Below, in pieces: positions 9,465-17,829 of a stretch of 64,000 bases of DNA (within the stretch, counting starts at the first letter, position 1; every line of letters begins with the position of its first letter). The DNA is from an uncultured Bordetella sp. (lineage in GTDB: Bacteria; Pseudomonadota; Gammaproteobacteria; Burkholderiales; SG8-41), in contig CAYSQJ010000005.1 in the NCBI GenBank assembly GCA_964433345.1, forward strand, positions 40,440 to 104,439. The letters run 5' to 3'. A program made the position numbers and the translations under genes. The notes beneath the pieces are model-generated. The model had not been told where the DNA came from, ran no database searches, and saw only the letters and a program-made list of their open reading frames with translations.

Positions 9465-9521
9465 GGGATTGTGGTGTTGGGCGACGGGTAATGAACCGAG
9501 TGCCGACGCGCAGCGGTGCCG

Positions 9522-9579
9522 GCGCTCATCCTTCATCGCTGCCTTTACTGCAGCGGGTCGATGGAAGTCGTCATTCCGG
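9522..9579. repeat. Degenerate duplicate of the 3' end of gene 9730..10692
   Basis: About 80% identity by hand alignment to 9700-9763, which covers the stop codon and last ~10 codons of the AKR gene, with one 7-nt indel. Confidence 0.6.
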
Positions 9580-9647
9580 ACGCGCGTAGCACGAGCCGGA
9601 ATCCAGTGGTTTGTCGGGATGAATTCCGGCGTGCGCCGGAATGACGG
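9570..9647. repeat. Inverted pair of GTCATTCCGG-N-CCGGAAT hairpin units (same family as 3366-3445)
   Basis: GTCATTCCGGACGCGCGTAGCACGAGCCGGAATCCAG at 9570-9606 and GAATTCCGGCGTGCGCCGGAATGACGG at 9621-9647. Confidence 0.75.
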
Positions 9648-9656
9648 TTTCTAATT

Positions 9657-9722
9657 GAGTGATGAGTGACGTGACGGGTCACTGCAGCGCTTGCACTCCG
9701 CGCTCATTACTCATCATTCATC
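9657..9722. repeat. Word-periodic imperfect palindrome (GAGTGAT-GAGTGAC-GTGAC ... CTCATTA-CTCATCA-TTCATC)
   Basis: The arms are made of tandem heptamer words. Lies immediately 3' of the stop of 9730..10692. Confidence 0.55.
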
Positions 9723-9729
9723 GCTGCCC

Positions 9730-10692
9730 TTACAGCAGCGGGTCAATAAAGGCCGCCATCCGCTTGCGCATGGCCGCATCCGGCAGCGTGCCGCGGCCGG
9801 CATCGAGGTTGTCGAGCATGTACTCGACCTTGTCGGTGCCGGGGATCACCGCGTTCACGGCCGGATGGCCGATCAGGTACTTCAGGAAAAACTGGCCCCA
9901 GCTCGCCGCGCCGAATTCCTTCGCCCAGTCCGGCAGTGGCTTGCCCTTGACCGCGCGGAACAGCCGGCCGCGGCCATAGGGCAGGTTGCACAGCAGCGCG
10001 GTTCCGGTGTCGGCGGCGGCGGCGAGCAGCCGGTCCTCGACGCTGCGTTCGGCCATTGAGTAGTTGACCTGGATGAAGTCGATCTTCTCCTGCTGCATGA
10101 TTTCGATCAGCCGCGCGTTGGCGTCTTCCTGGCGCTGTGAATGGGTGACGCCGATGTAGCGGAAATGCCCCTGCTGTTTCCATTCGCGCACGATCGCGAG
10201 CTGCGAGGCGACCATGCCGCGGTCGAGAAAGCCGACGTTGTGCATTTGCATCAGGTCGAACTTTGGTGTGCGCAGGCGCTGTTGAGAGGCTTTCATCTGC
10301 GCGGTGAAGGCGGCGTTGTCGTTGGCGCGCACCTTGGTGGCGAGAAACGTCTCGTCACGCACTTTGAGGTCCGCGAGCAGGTCGCCGACCACTGATTCGG
10401 CGCTGCCGTAGGAGGGCGCGGTGTCGATCAGCTTCGCGCCGCCGCCGAGCAGGGTGCGGATGACCCGGGCGCGTTCGGCGCGCTGCGTGCTGTCGTCTGC
10501 AATGTCGAAAATGATCGCAGTACCGAGGCCGATCACCGGCAGCAGTTCGCCGCTTTTCGGAATCTTGCGGCTGAGCAGGGGCTTGGCCGCGCCCTGCGCC
10601 AGCGACAGGCCGGGCAGTGTTGCCGCGGCGGCAAATCCGGCGCCCATCGTGAGCACATCGCGACGTGTATATAACTTATTGATTTTATTCAT
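9730..10692 (-). CDS. aldo/keto reductase with twin-arginine (Tat) signal
   Basis: ORF 9730..11022. ATG at 10692 gives MNKINKLYTRRDVLTMGAGFAAAATLPGLSLAQG. AKR blocks are collinear with 6928..7863. The start overlaps the stop of 10689..12023 (ATGA). Confidence 0.8.
   Translation of the reverse strand: MNKINKLYTRRDVLTMGAGFAAAATLPGLSLAQGAAKPLLSRKIPKSGELLPVIGLGTAIIFDIADDSTQRAERARVIRTLLGGGAKLIDTAPSYGSAESVVGDLLADLKVRDETFLATKVRANDNAAFTAQMKASQQRLRTPKFDLMQMHNVGFLDRGMVASQLAIVREWKQQGHFRYIGVTHSQRQEDANARLIEIMQQEKIDFIQVNYSMAERSVEDRLLAAAADTGTALLCNLPYGRGRLFRAVKGKPLPDWAKEFGAASWGQFFLKYLIGHPAVNAVIPGTDKVEYMLDNLDAGRGTLPDAAMRKRMAAFIDPLL
10671..10690 (+). repeat. AT-rich dispersed core motif, copy 3 (ATAACTTATTGATTTTATTC)
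   Basis: Covers the first codons (MNKINKLY) of 9730..10692 and the stop of 10689..12023. Confidence 0.7.
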
Positions 10693-12023
10693 AAAATTGT
10701 CTTCTCTGCGGGAGTGGGCGAGTTGTCGGTCCGGGAGCGCCGTTCGTGTTCGCGGCCGAGCAGCAGTGCCAGCGCGAGCCAGCCTGCGGCCACCGGTACT
10801 GTGGCCAGCGAAATCGACGAGGGTTCCATGCCGCTGCCGCGCAGCGCGTGGTAGAGCCAGCCGCTGACGGCATCGCCGCCGCGGAACACGACATTGTCGA
10901 TGACGTACTTGGCCTTGTACTTTTCCTCGCGCGCGAGCACCGTGAACAGCACCTCGCGCGCCGGGTTCGAGATCGCGAAGTTCGCCGCACGCTGCAGCGC
11001 CTGGAAGGCGATCACCACCCACAGCACCGGTGTCAGCGCCAGCGCGAGGAAGCCGGCGGCAAAAACCAGCGGCAGCAGTGCCGCCGCCGGACCCGCACCG
11101 AAACGCCGGATCAGCCTGCCGGTGGCGAGGAACTGCACGAGGATGGTGAGCAGGCTCACCGCGAGGTCGATGCGCGCGAAAATCGCGGTGCGGCGGTTCG
11201 GATCATCGCTCATCGCGGCGACGATGCCGAGCTGCTGGAAGTAGAGGAAGGTGCCTGCCAGCGACAGCAGTGCCACCCACAGCGCTATGCCGGCCAGATA
11301 GGGCGAGCGCAGCACCATGCCGAGACCGGCGAGCCAGCCGCCGCCGAGTTCGGGTTCCGGCCGGGCGGCGGCAGCCGGCGCTTCCTGCTCTTTCAAGCCG
11401 GCTGCAGCGGACTCCAGGCGCATCGCGCAGAATACCGCGGCCTCCAGCAGCACCAGTGCGATCAGCAGCAGGTTGGCGCGGCCCAGCGACTCGGCGAGGG
11501 TGACTGCGAGCAGCGGACCGAGCAGCGCGCCCGCCGAGCCGCCGGCGGCAATGAAGCCGAACAGGCGCTTGCCCTGCTCCGAGCGGTAGAGGTCGGCCAT
11601 GAAGGACCAGAACACCGACACCGCGAACAGGTTGAACACGCTGATCCAGACGAAGAACACACGCGCGGTGTCGGCCAGGGCCACCTTGAAAGTCAGCAGC
11701 AGCCAGAAGGCGAGGATGTTGAGCGCGAAGAAGTGGTAGACCAGCGGGATGAAGCGGCGCCGCGGCAGCCTTGCAACGAGTGCGCCGAACAGCGGCACCG
11801 CTGCGAGCATCACGAAGAAGGTTGCCGTGAACAGCCAGGGCAGGTTTCTGATGCCGCCGGCCAGCCCCATTTCGTCGCGCACCGGGCGCAGCACATAGTA
11901 CGAGGCCAGCAGGAAAAAGAAGTAGGCAAAGGACCACAGCAGCGCGCGGGCCTCTCCGGGCTTCACGGCGGCGACGCGGGCGAGCCAGGCTGGAACCGCT
12001 TGCGGGGTGGCGTTCATCGGCAC
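10689..12023 (-). CDS. MFS-type transporter related to the Npt/TLC (ATP:ADP antiporter-like) family
   Basis: 444 aa, ~12 TM. N-terminal LLWSFAYFFFLLASYYVLRPVRDEMG resembles TLC/Npt-like MFS proteins as I recall them. The family call is tentative. Confidence 0.6.
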   Translation of the reverse strand: MPMNATPQAVPAWLARVAAVKPGEARALLWSFAYFFFLLASYYVLRPVRDEMGLAGGIRNLPWLFTATFFVMLAAVPLFGALVARLPRRRFIPLVYHFFALNILAFWLLLTFKVALADTARVFFVWISVFNLFAVSVFWSFMADLYRSEQGKRLFGFIAAGGSAGALLGPLLAVTLAESLGRANLLLIALVLLEAAVFCAMRLESAAAGLKEQEAPAAAARPEPELGGGWLAGLGMVLRSPYLAGIALWVALLSLAGTFLYFQQLGIVAAMSDDPNRRTAIFARIDLAVSLLTILVQFLATGRLIRRFGAGPAAALLPLVFAAGFLALALTPVLWVVIAFQALQRAANFAISNPAREVLFTVLAREEKYKAKYVIDNVVFRGGDAVSGWLYHALRGSGMEPSSISLATVPVAAGWLALALLLGREHERRSRTDNSPTPAEKTIL

Positions 12024-12205
12024 CGGAATTCATGCAAAGGAAGTGTGCCGAGTATAGGGGGCTGCGCGCCGCCGCGGGGAGGCATTGGATGCGGGAATTC
12101 AAGGCGTGCAATGGAAGCCGTGGTTTACAATATGTGGAAAATAACGTCCGCCCGCCTTGTTCGCAGCGGACATTGTCCGCATCCCAAACAACGAGGAGCT
12201 TCTGA

Positions 12206-13093
12206 ATGCGTCTGGTGACCTTTTCCGATGCCAAGGGCGCACGCGTCGGCGTGCACGACCCCGAGACCAACACCGTCGTCGACCTGTCGGCGTCGACCCG
12301 GCTGCCGAAAGACATGACGGCCTTCGTTGCCTTGGGCAAGAACGGCCTTTCCCGCGCGCGCAAGGCGGTCAGGAGCGGCGAGGGCCGGCTGCCGCTGTCG
12401 GCGGTGAAACTGCTGGCGCCGTTCCCGCGCCCGGCAAAGAACATTCTCTGCGTGGGCAAGAACTATCACGAACATGCCAAGGAATTCCACAACAGCGGCT
12501 TTGATGCGAGTGCCGGCGCCAATGCTATTCCGGATGTGCCGATCATGTTCACCAAGTGGCCGAATTCGGTGATCGGGCCCGGCGACGCGATTCCCAGCGC
12601 CAACGATTACACCAATTCGGTGGACTACGAGGGCGAGCTGACGGTGGTGATGGGCGAGGGCGGTCGCAACATTTCCGAGAAGGACGCCTACAAGCATGTC
12701 TACGGCTACACCATCATCAACGACGTCACTGCGCGCACGCTGCAGAACCGCCACAAGCAATGGTTCCTCGGCAAGAGCCCGGACGGTTTCTGCCCGATGG
12801 GGCCGTGCATCGTCACCAGCGACGAGATCAAGGATGTTACCCAGCTGCGGCTGATCACCAAGGTCAATGACGAGCTGCGCCAGGACGCCTATGTCAGCCA
12901 GCTGATTTTCGACATTCCGCGGCTGATCGCTGACCTGTCGAAGGTGATGACCCTGGAACCCGGCGACCTCATCGCCACCGGCACCTGCGCCGGAGTCGGT
13001 ATCGGCTTCAATCCGCCGAAGTACCTGAAGCCGGGCGACCGCGTCGCCATCACCATCGAGCCGATCGGCACGCTGGAAAACCCGGTGGCCTGA
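12206..13093 (+). CDS. fumarylacetoacetate hydrolase (FAH) family protein
   Basis: 295 aa with FAH-fold blocks (VDYEGELTVVMG, INDVTARTLQ, GKSPDGFCPMGP, LIATGTCAGVG). Confidence 0.8.
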   Translation: MRLVTFSDAKGARVGVHDPETNTVVDLSASTRLPKDMTAFVALGKNGLSRARKAVRSGEGRLPLSAVKLLAPFPRPAKNILCVGKNYHEHAKEFHNSGFDASAGANAIPDVPIMFTKWPNSVIGPGDAIPSANDYTNSVDYEGELTVVMGEGGRNISEKDAYKHVYGYTIINDVTARTLQNRHKQWFLGKSPDGFCPMGPCIVTSDEIKDVTQLRLITKVNDELRQDAYVSQLIFDIPRLIADLSKVMTLEPGDLIATGTCAGVGIGFNPPKYLKPGDRVAITIEPIGTLENPVA

Positions 13094-13095
13094 GC

Positions 13096-14046
13096 ATGCG
13101 TTTCGTACGCTATGACCGCAACGGCGCGGCGCGTCTCGGCGCGCTGGATGGCGACAGCGTGGTCGATCTGCTGGATGCGGCGCCTCTGGGTATTGCGCCG
13201 GCGTTGCTGGCCGCTTTTGCCGACATGACGCGGTTGATCGCCGCGGGTGATGCGGGATTGCGTGCCGCACGCGCAGCGGTGAAATCGGCGCCGGCTTCGG
13301 CGCGCACGCCGCTGGAGAAAGCCCGGCTGCGCGCGCCGATCGCGCCTTCGCTGATTCTGTGCAGCGGCGAGAACTACTGGGACCACCGCGAGGAAAAGCC
13401 CGAGGTCACGCGCAAGGATCCGGAGTTTTTTCTGAAAACGGGACTCGGCGTCGTCGGCCCCGGAGACAACATCGTGCTCGATCCGGCGGTGACCAAAAAG
13501 CTTGACTACGAAACCGAGCTGCTGATCGTCATCGGCAGGCCCGGCCGTCACATCCCGGCGGCGCGCGCGCATGAGCATATCTGGGGCTACACCTTGATGA
13601 ACGATGTCACCGCGCGGGACCGCCAGGTCACGCTGCGGCCAGACGGTTCCTCGGTCTACAACCTCGGGCCGGGCAAGAATTTCGATACCTGCGCACCGAT
13701 CGGCCCGGCGATCGTTACTGCGGACGAGATTCGCGATCCGCAACAGCTCGAACTGCGCACCACGGTCAACGGCGAGCTGCGTCAAAGCAATACCACCGCC
13801 AGGATGATCTGGACTTGTGCGCAGCTGGTGGAGTTTTTCTCGACCTTCGTCACGCTTCAGCCGGGCGTGGTGATCTCCACTGGAACACCCGGTGGCACGG
13901 CCTGGGGCAGCGATGCCGAACTTGGCGGCAGGAAGCCGATGCGCAAGGATGTATCCGCGGCCGGGGCTTACCTGCAGCCGGGCGACGAAGTGGTGTGCGA
14001 GATCGAGGGCGTGGGGCGGCTGGTCAACCGGGTGGTTGCCGGCTGA
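13096..14046 (+). CDS. fumarylacetoacetate hydrolase (FAH) family protein, second paralogue
   Basis: 316 aa with LDYETELLIVIG, MNDVTARDRQ and VISTGTPGG blocks. Starts 3 nt after the preceding stop. Confidence 0.8.
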   Translation: MRFVRYDRNGAARLGALDGDSVVDLLDAAPLGIAPALLAAFADMTRLIAAGDAGLRAARAAVKSAPASARTPLEKARLRAPIAPSLILCSGENYWDHREEKPEVTRKDPEFFLKTGLGVVGPGDNIVLDPAVTKKLDYETELLIVIGRPGRHIPAARAHEHIWGYTLMNDVTARDRQVTLRPDGSSVYNLGPGKNFDTCAPIGPAIVTADEIRDPQQLELRTTVNGELRQSNTTARMIWTCAQLVEFFSTFVTLQPGVVISTGTPGGTAWGSDAELGGRKPMRKDVSAAGAYLQPGDEVVCEIEGVGRLVNRVVAG

Positions 14047-14061
14047 GGCAGGTTGAAAAAA

Positions 14062-14157
14062 GCGGATTAACAGGATTAACAGGATGCGCAGGATAAAAAG
14101 CCCGGCATGCACGCTTGTAAGGTTTTAATCCTGTACATCCTGTTCATCCTGTAAATT
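14062..14157. repeat. Word-periodic palindrome built from CAGGAT words
   Basis: Left arm CAGGATTAA-CAGGATTAA-CAGGATGCG-CAGGATAAAA and right arm TTTTAATCCTG-TACATCCTG-TTCATCCTG, with a 24-nt loop. Lies between the FAH gene and tctC. Confidence 0.75.
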
Positions 14158-14192
14158 GTTCTTGTCCCATTAAAAAAACCGGAGGAGAAATC

Positions 14193-15158
14193 ATGAGAAC
14201 CCGTTATCTGATGTCCGTGTTGCTGCTGGCCTGCGGCGTGGCGCAGGCGCAGGATGTGTTTCCCAGCCGCTCGATCACCATGATCGTGCCTTTCCCGCCG
14301 GGCGGGGTTGCTGACTCCACCGGCCGTCCGACTGCGGCCGCACTGGAGAAGGTGCTGAAGCAGCCGGTGGCGATCACCAACCGTCCGGGCGCCGGCGGTG
14401 CGGTGGGCAATGCCGCGGTGGCCAATGCCAAGCCCGACGGCTACACGGTGCTGATGGCGCTGTCGAGCATTTCGGTGATTCCGGAGGCCGATAAGCTGTT
14501 CAACCGCAAGCCGGCCTACACGCTGGATCAGTTCGCACCGGTGGCCCTGGTTTCCGCCGACCCGGTGATCCTGGTGGTGCATCCCTCGTTGCCGGTAAAG
14601 ACGGTCAAGGAGGTCATCGCACTCGCGCGCAAACAGCCGGGCGAGCTGTCGTTCTCGTCCTCCGGCGTTTACGGCGCGCTGCACATGCCGATGGAAATGT
14701 TCCTGCATGCGGCAAAGCTGAAAATGCGCCATGTGCCGACCACCGGTGGCGGACCGGCGATCACCCAGCTGCTCGGCGGCCACGTCACCATGACTGCCGG
14801 CGGTCCGGCGGCGATCACCTCGCACGTCAAGGCCGGCAAGCTGCGGCCGATCGTGACCTGGGGTGCCGAGCGCCATCCCAACTACAAGGAGGTGCCGACC
14901 TTCAAGGAGCAGGGGATGGACATCGTCTATTACATCTGGGCCGGCATGTTCGTGCCGGCGGCGACGCCGGAGCCGGTGGTCAAGGTGCTGCGTGATGCCG
15001 TGCGTCAGGCGGTTGCCGATGCCGATTTCAGGAGCCAGATGGCGAAGGTGAGTTCGCCGGTGAATTACCTCGATGCGCCGGACTTCGCCAAGTACTTGGA
15101 TGCCGATGCCAAACGCCTCGCCGCCGTGGTCAAGGTGGTGGGCAAGGTCGGCAACTAG
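14193..15158 (+). CDS. tctC: tripartite tricarboxylate transporter substrate-binding protein (Bug/TctC family)
   Basis: 321 aa with signal peptide ...ACGVAQAQ. Bug hallmark blocks present (ITMIVPFPPGGVAD, NRPGAGG, HVPTTGGGPA). Followed by tctB and tctA. Confidence 0.85.
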   Translation: MRTRYLMSVLLLACGVAQAQDVFPSRSITMIVPFPPGGVADSTGRPTAAALEKVLKQPVAITNRPGAGGAVGNAAVANAKPDGYTVLMALSSISVIPEADKLFNRKPAYTLDQFAPVALVSADPVILVVHPSLPVKTVKEVIALARKQPGELSFSSSGVYGALHMPMEMFLHAAKLKMRHVPTTGGGPAITQLLGGHVTMTAGGPAAITSHVKAGKLRPIVTWGAERHPNYKEVPTFKEQGMDIVYYIWAGMFVPAATPEPVVKVLRDAVRQAVADADFRSQMAKVSSPVNYLDAPDFAKYLDADAKRLAAVVKVVGKVGN

Positions 15159-15167
15159 GTCCGCGGC

Positions 15168-15665
15168 ATGGCTGAGGTGCCTGAGTCAACCGCAAGCGAT
15201 GCGCGTGGCGGGGAAAACGGCGGGCTGAAGAGCGATCGCGTCTCCGGCCTGGTGCTGCTGGCACTGGCCGGCTGGATCGTCTGGCTGAACCGGGAGTTTC
15301 CGGTCGGCACACTCGCTGATCCGGGGCCCGGTTATGTGCCGCTGCTGCTCGCGGTCGGGCTCGGTGCGATCGGGCTGCTGGTGGCCCTGTTCGGCGGTGA
15401 CTCCGAGCCGCTGCGCGCCATACGCTGGACCGAGGCGCGTCGCGCAGCGGTGATCCTCGTCGCCTGCGGGGTGCTGACCTTCGCGCTGGAGCGGATCGGC
15501 TACCGGCTGTCGGTATTCGCCTTCCTGGTGTTTTTCCTCGGTGTGGTCGAACGCAAGAAGCCGGTTCCGGTGGCATTGGTTGCAGCCGGGTTCAGTCTCG
15601 CTTCTTTCTATATCGTTGCCGACCTCCTCGGCGTGCCGCTGCCGCGCGGCCCCTGGGGATTTTAG
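15168..15665 (+). CDS. tctB: tripartite tricarboxylate transporter TctB-family small membrane subunit
   Basis: 165 aa, 4 hydrophobic segments. Positioned between tctC and tctA. Confidence 0.7.
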   Translation: MAEVPESTASDARGGENGGLKSDRVSGLVLLALAGWIVWLNREFPVGTLADPGPGYVPLLLAVGLGAIGLLVALFGGDSEPLRAIRWTEARRAAVILVACGVLTFALERIGYRLSVFAFLVFFLGVVERKKPVPVALVAAGFSLASFYIVADLLGVPLPRGPWGF

Positions 15666-15676
15666 AGGCCTACCGG

Positions 15677-17203
15677 ATGCTGGAAACCTTCGACAGCCTG
15701 ATGCTGGGTTTCTCGGTGGCCTTCGAGCCGCGAGTGTTCATGTACGCGGTCGGCGGCTGCATCATCGGCACGCTGGTCGGCATGATGCCGGGACTGGGCC
15801 CGCTCGCCGGCATCAGCCTGCTGCTGCCGGCGACCTTCGGCCTCGATCCGATCATTGCCATCGTGCTGCTCGCCGGCGTTTATTACGGCGCGATGTACGG
15901 CGGCTCGACGACCTCGATCCTGATGCGCATCCCCGGCGAGGCGGCCTCGGTGATGACCTGCGTCGACGGCTACGCGATGACCCAGAACGGCAGGGCGGGG
16001 CCGGCGCTGGCGATTGCCGCGATCGGTTCCTTTTTCGCGGGTACCGTCGGTGTCATCGGCCTGATGCTGATGGCGCCGACGCTGGCGTCATTTGCACTGC
16101 GTTTCGGGCCGCCGGAATACACCGCTCTGCTGCTGATGGGCCTGTTCGTGCTGGCCTACATGAGCGGCGGCTCGATGCTGAAAACGCTGGCGATGGCGTT
16201 TTTCGGCCTGCTGCTGGGCATGATCGGCATTGACGTGATGAGCGGCTATACGCGTTTCAGCTTCGGCATGGTCGAACTTGGAGACGGGGTCGGCATCGTG
16301 CCGGTGGCGGTGGGCCTGTTCGGCATTTCCGAGATCCTGATTACCGCCGGCCAGTCGGAACCGCCCAGGGTGCAGAAGCCAAAGCTGCGCGAGCTGATTC
16401 CCTCGCGCGAGGAGTTTCGCCTGTCAGTGGGGCCGATCCTCCGCGGCAGTCTGCTCGGTTTCGCGATCGGCATCATCCCGGGTTCGGCGCACGTCATTTC
16501 ATCCTTCGTGTCCTACGGCGTCGAGCGCCGGCTGTCGAAGCACCCCGAACGATTCGGCAAGGGCGCAATCGAGGGCGTCGCAGGTCCCGAATCGGCCAAC
16601 AATTCCGCGGCCACCGGCGCCTTCGTGCCGATGCTTGCGCTGGGCATTCCCACAGGCCCGGTCACCGCGGTGATGATTGCGGCGATCATGGTGCACGGCA
16701 TCCTGCCGGGACCGATGCTGATCCAGCAGCAGCCGAACCTGTTCTGGGGTTTCGTCGCCAGCATGTATGTCGGCAACCTGGTGCTGCTGATACTCAACCT
16801 GCCGATGGTCGGCCTGTTCGTCAACCTGCTGCGCATTCCGTACGCCTATCTCTATCCCTGCGTCCTCGCTTTCTGCATCGTCGGCTGTTATTCGGTCAGC
16901 AACAGTGTCACCGATGTCTGGATCATGCTGGCGATGGGCGGCATCGGCTACGGGCTGCGCAAGTTCGGATTCGACCTCGCGCCGGTCGCGCTGGGCCTGG
17001 TGCTGGGGCCGATGCTGGAACTGTCGCTGCGCCAGTCGCTGGCGCTGAGCGGGGGTACTTATGCGATATTCCTCGAGCGCCCGATTGCACTGACCATGTT
17101 CGTGCTGGCGCTGGTGCTGCTTGCGTTTGCGCTGAAGCCGATGCTGTTCAAGGGCAAGGACTGGCGCTCCGATGTCGGCCTCGATGGACCGCCGCCCAGC
17201 TGA
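15677..17203 (+). CDS. tctA: tripartite tricarboxylate transporter TctA-family permease
   Basis: 508 aa, polytopic. Typical TctA blocks (GMMPGLGP, YYGAMYGGSTTSILM, IPGEAAS). Confidence 0.85.
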   Translation: MLETFDSLMLGFSVAFEPRVFMYAVGGCIIGTLVGMMPGLGPLAGISLLLPATFGLDPIIAIVLLAGVYYGAMYGGSTTSILMRIPGEAASVMTCVDGYAMTQNGRAGPALAIAAIGSFFAGTVGVIGLMLMAPTLASFALRFGPPEYTALLLMGLFVLAYMSGGSMLKTLAMAFFGLLLGMIGIDVMSGYTRFSFGMVELGDGVGIVPVAVGLFGISEILITAGQSEPPRVQKPKLRELIPSREEFRLSVGPILRGSLLGFAIGIIPGSAHVISSFVSYGVERRLSKHPERFGKGAIEGVAGPESANNSAATGAFVPMLALGIPTGPVTAVMIAAIMVHGILPGPMLIQQQPNLFWGFVASMYVGNLVLLILNLPMVGLFVNLLRIPYAYLYPCVLAFCIVGCYSVSNSVTDVWIMLAMGGIGYGLRKFGFDLAPVALGLVLGPMLELSLRQSLALSGGTYAIFLERPIALTMFVLALVLLAFALKPMLFKGKDWRSDVGLDGPPPS

Positions 17204-17211
17204 ATTATTTT

Positions 17212-17231
17212 ATAAGTATTTGATTTTAAAT
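17212..17231 (+). repeat. AT-rich dispersed core motif, copy 4 (ATAAGTATTTGATTTTAAAT)
   Basis: Lies between the tctA stop (17203) and the start codon at 17230. Shares an identical 20-mer TATAAGTATTTGATTTTAAA with copy 6 in inverse orientation. Confidence 0.75.
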
Positions 17232-17829
17232 GACTTTTTATAAATCCTTGGAATGGCTGCGCGGTCTTGCTTTGTGCGGCCTGCTGCTTGCCGGCACCGC
17301 CGGCGTACGTGCCGCGGATACCCCGGTCCTGACCGGCGGCCCCTATGTGCCCACGCCGCAGCGCGTCGTCGATGCCATGCTGGCGGTGGCGAACGTGTCG
17401 GACCGCGACTACGTGATCGACCTCGGCTCCGGAGATGGCCGCATTGTCATCACCGCCGCGCAGAAGTTCGGCGCACGGGGCAAGGGTTATGACATCGACG
17501 GCGAACTCGTCGAACGCAGTACTGCCGCGGCGGCGAAACTGAAGCTGGGCGACCGCGTCAGATTCGAGAAGCGCGATGTGCTGCAGGCCGAACTGAAGGA
17601 TGCGACGGTGATCACGCTTTATCTGTTGCCGGCGATGATGCTCGAGCTGCGCGCCAAGCTGCTGCGCGAACTGAAACCGGGCACGCGCATCGTGTCCCAT
17701 GATTTCGATTTCGGCGACTGGCAGCCCGAGCGCACCGTTCACCTCGAGCTCGAGGAGAAATACGACATCACCGGATCCTGGTCTTCGACGGTGTACCTGT
17801 GGACGGTGCCGGACAGGGCCAAACAGTGA
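17230..17829 (+). CDS. class I SAM-dependent methyltransferase with predicted Sec signal peptide
   Basis: 199 aa. N-terminus MTFYKSLEWLRGLALCGLLLAGTAGVRA/AD looks like a signal peptide. Motif I is VIDLGSGDGRI. Confidence 0.7.
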   Translation: MTFYKSLEWLRGLALCGLLLAGTAGVRAADTPVLTGGPYVPTPQRVVDAMLAVANVSDRDYVIDLGSGDGRIVITAAQKFGARGKGYDIDGELVERSTAAAAKLKLGDRVRFEKRDVLQAELKDATVITLYLLPAMMLELRAKLLRELKPGTRIVSHDFDFGDWQPERTVHLELEEKYDITGSWSSTVYLWTVPDRAKQ

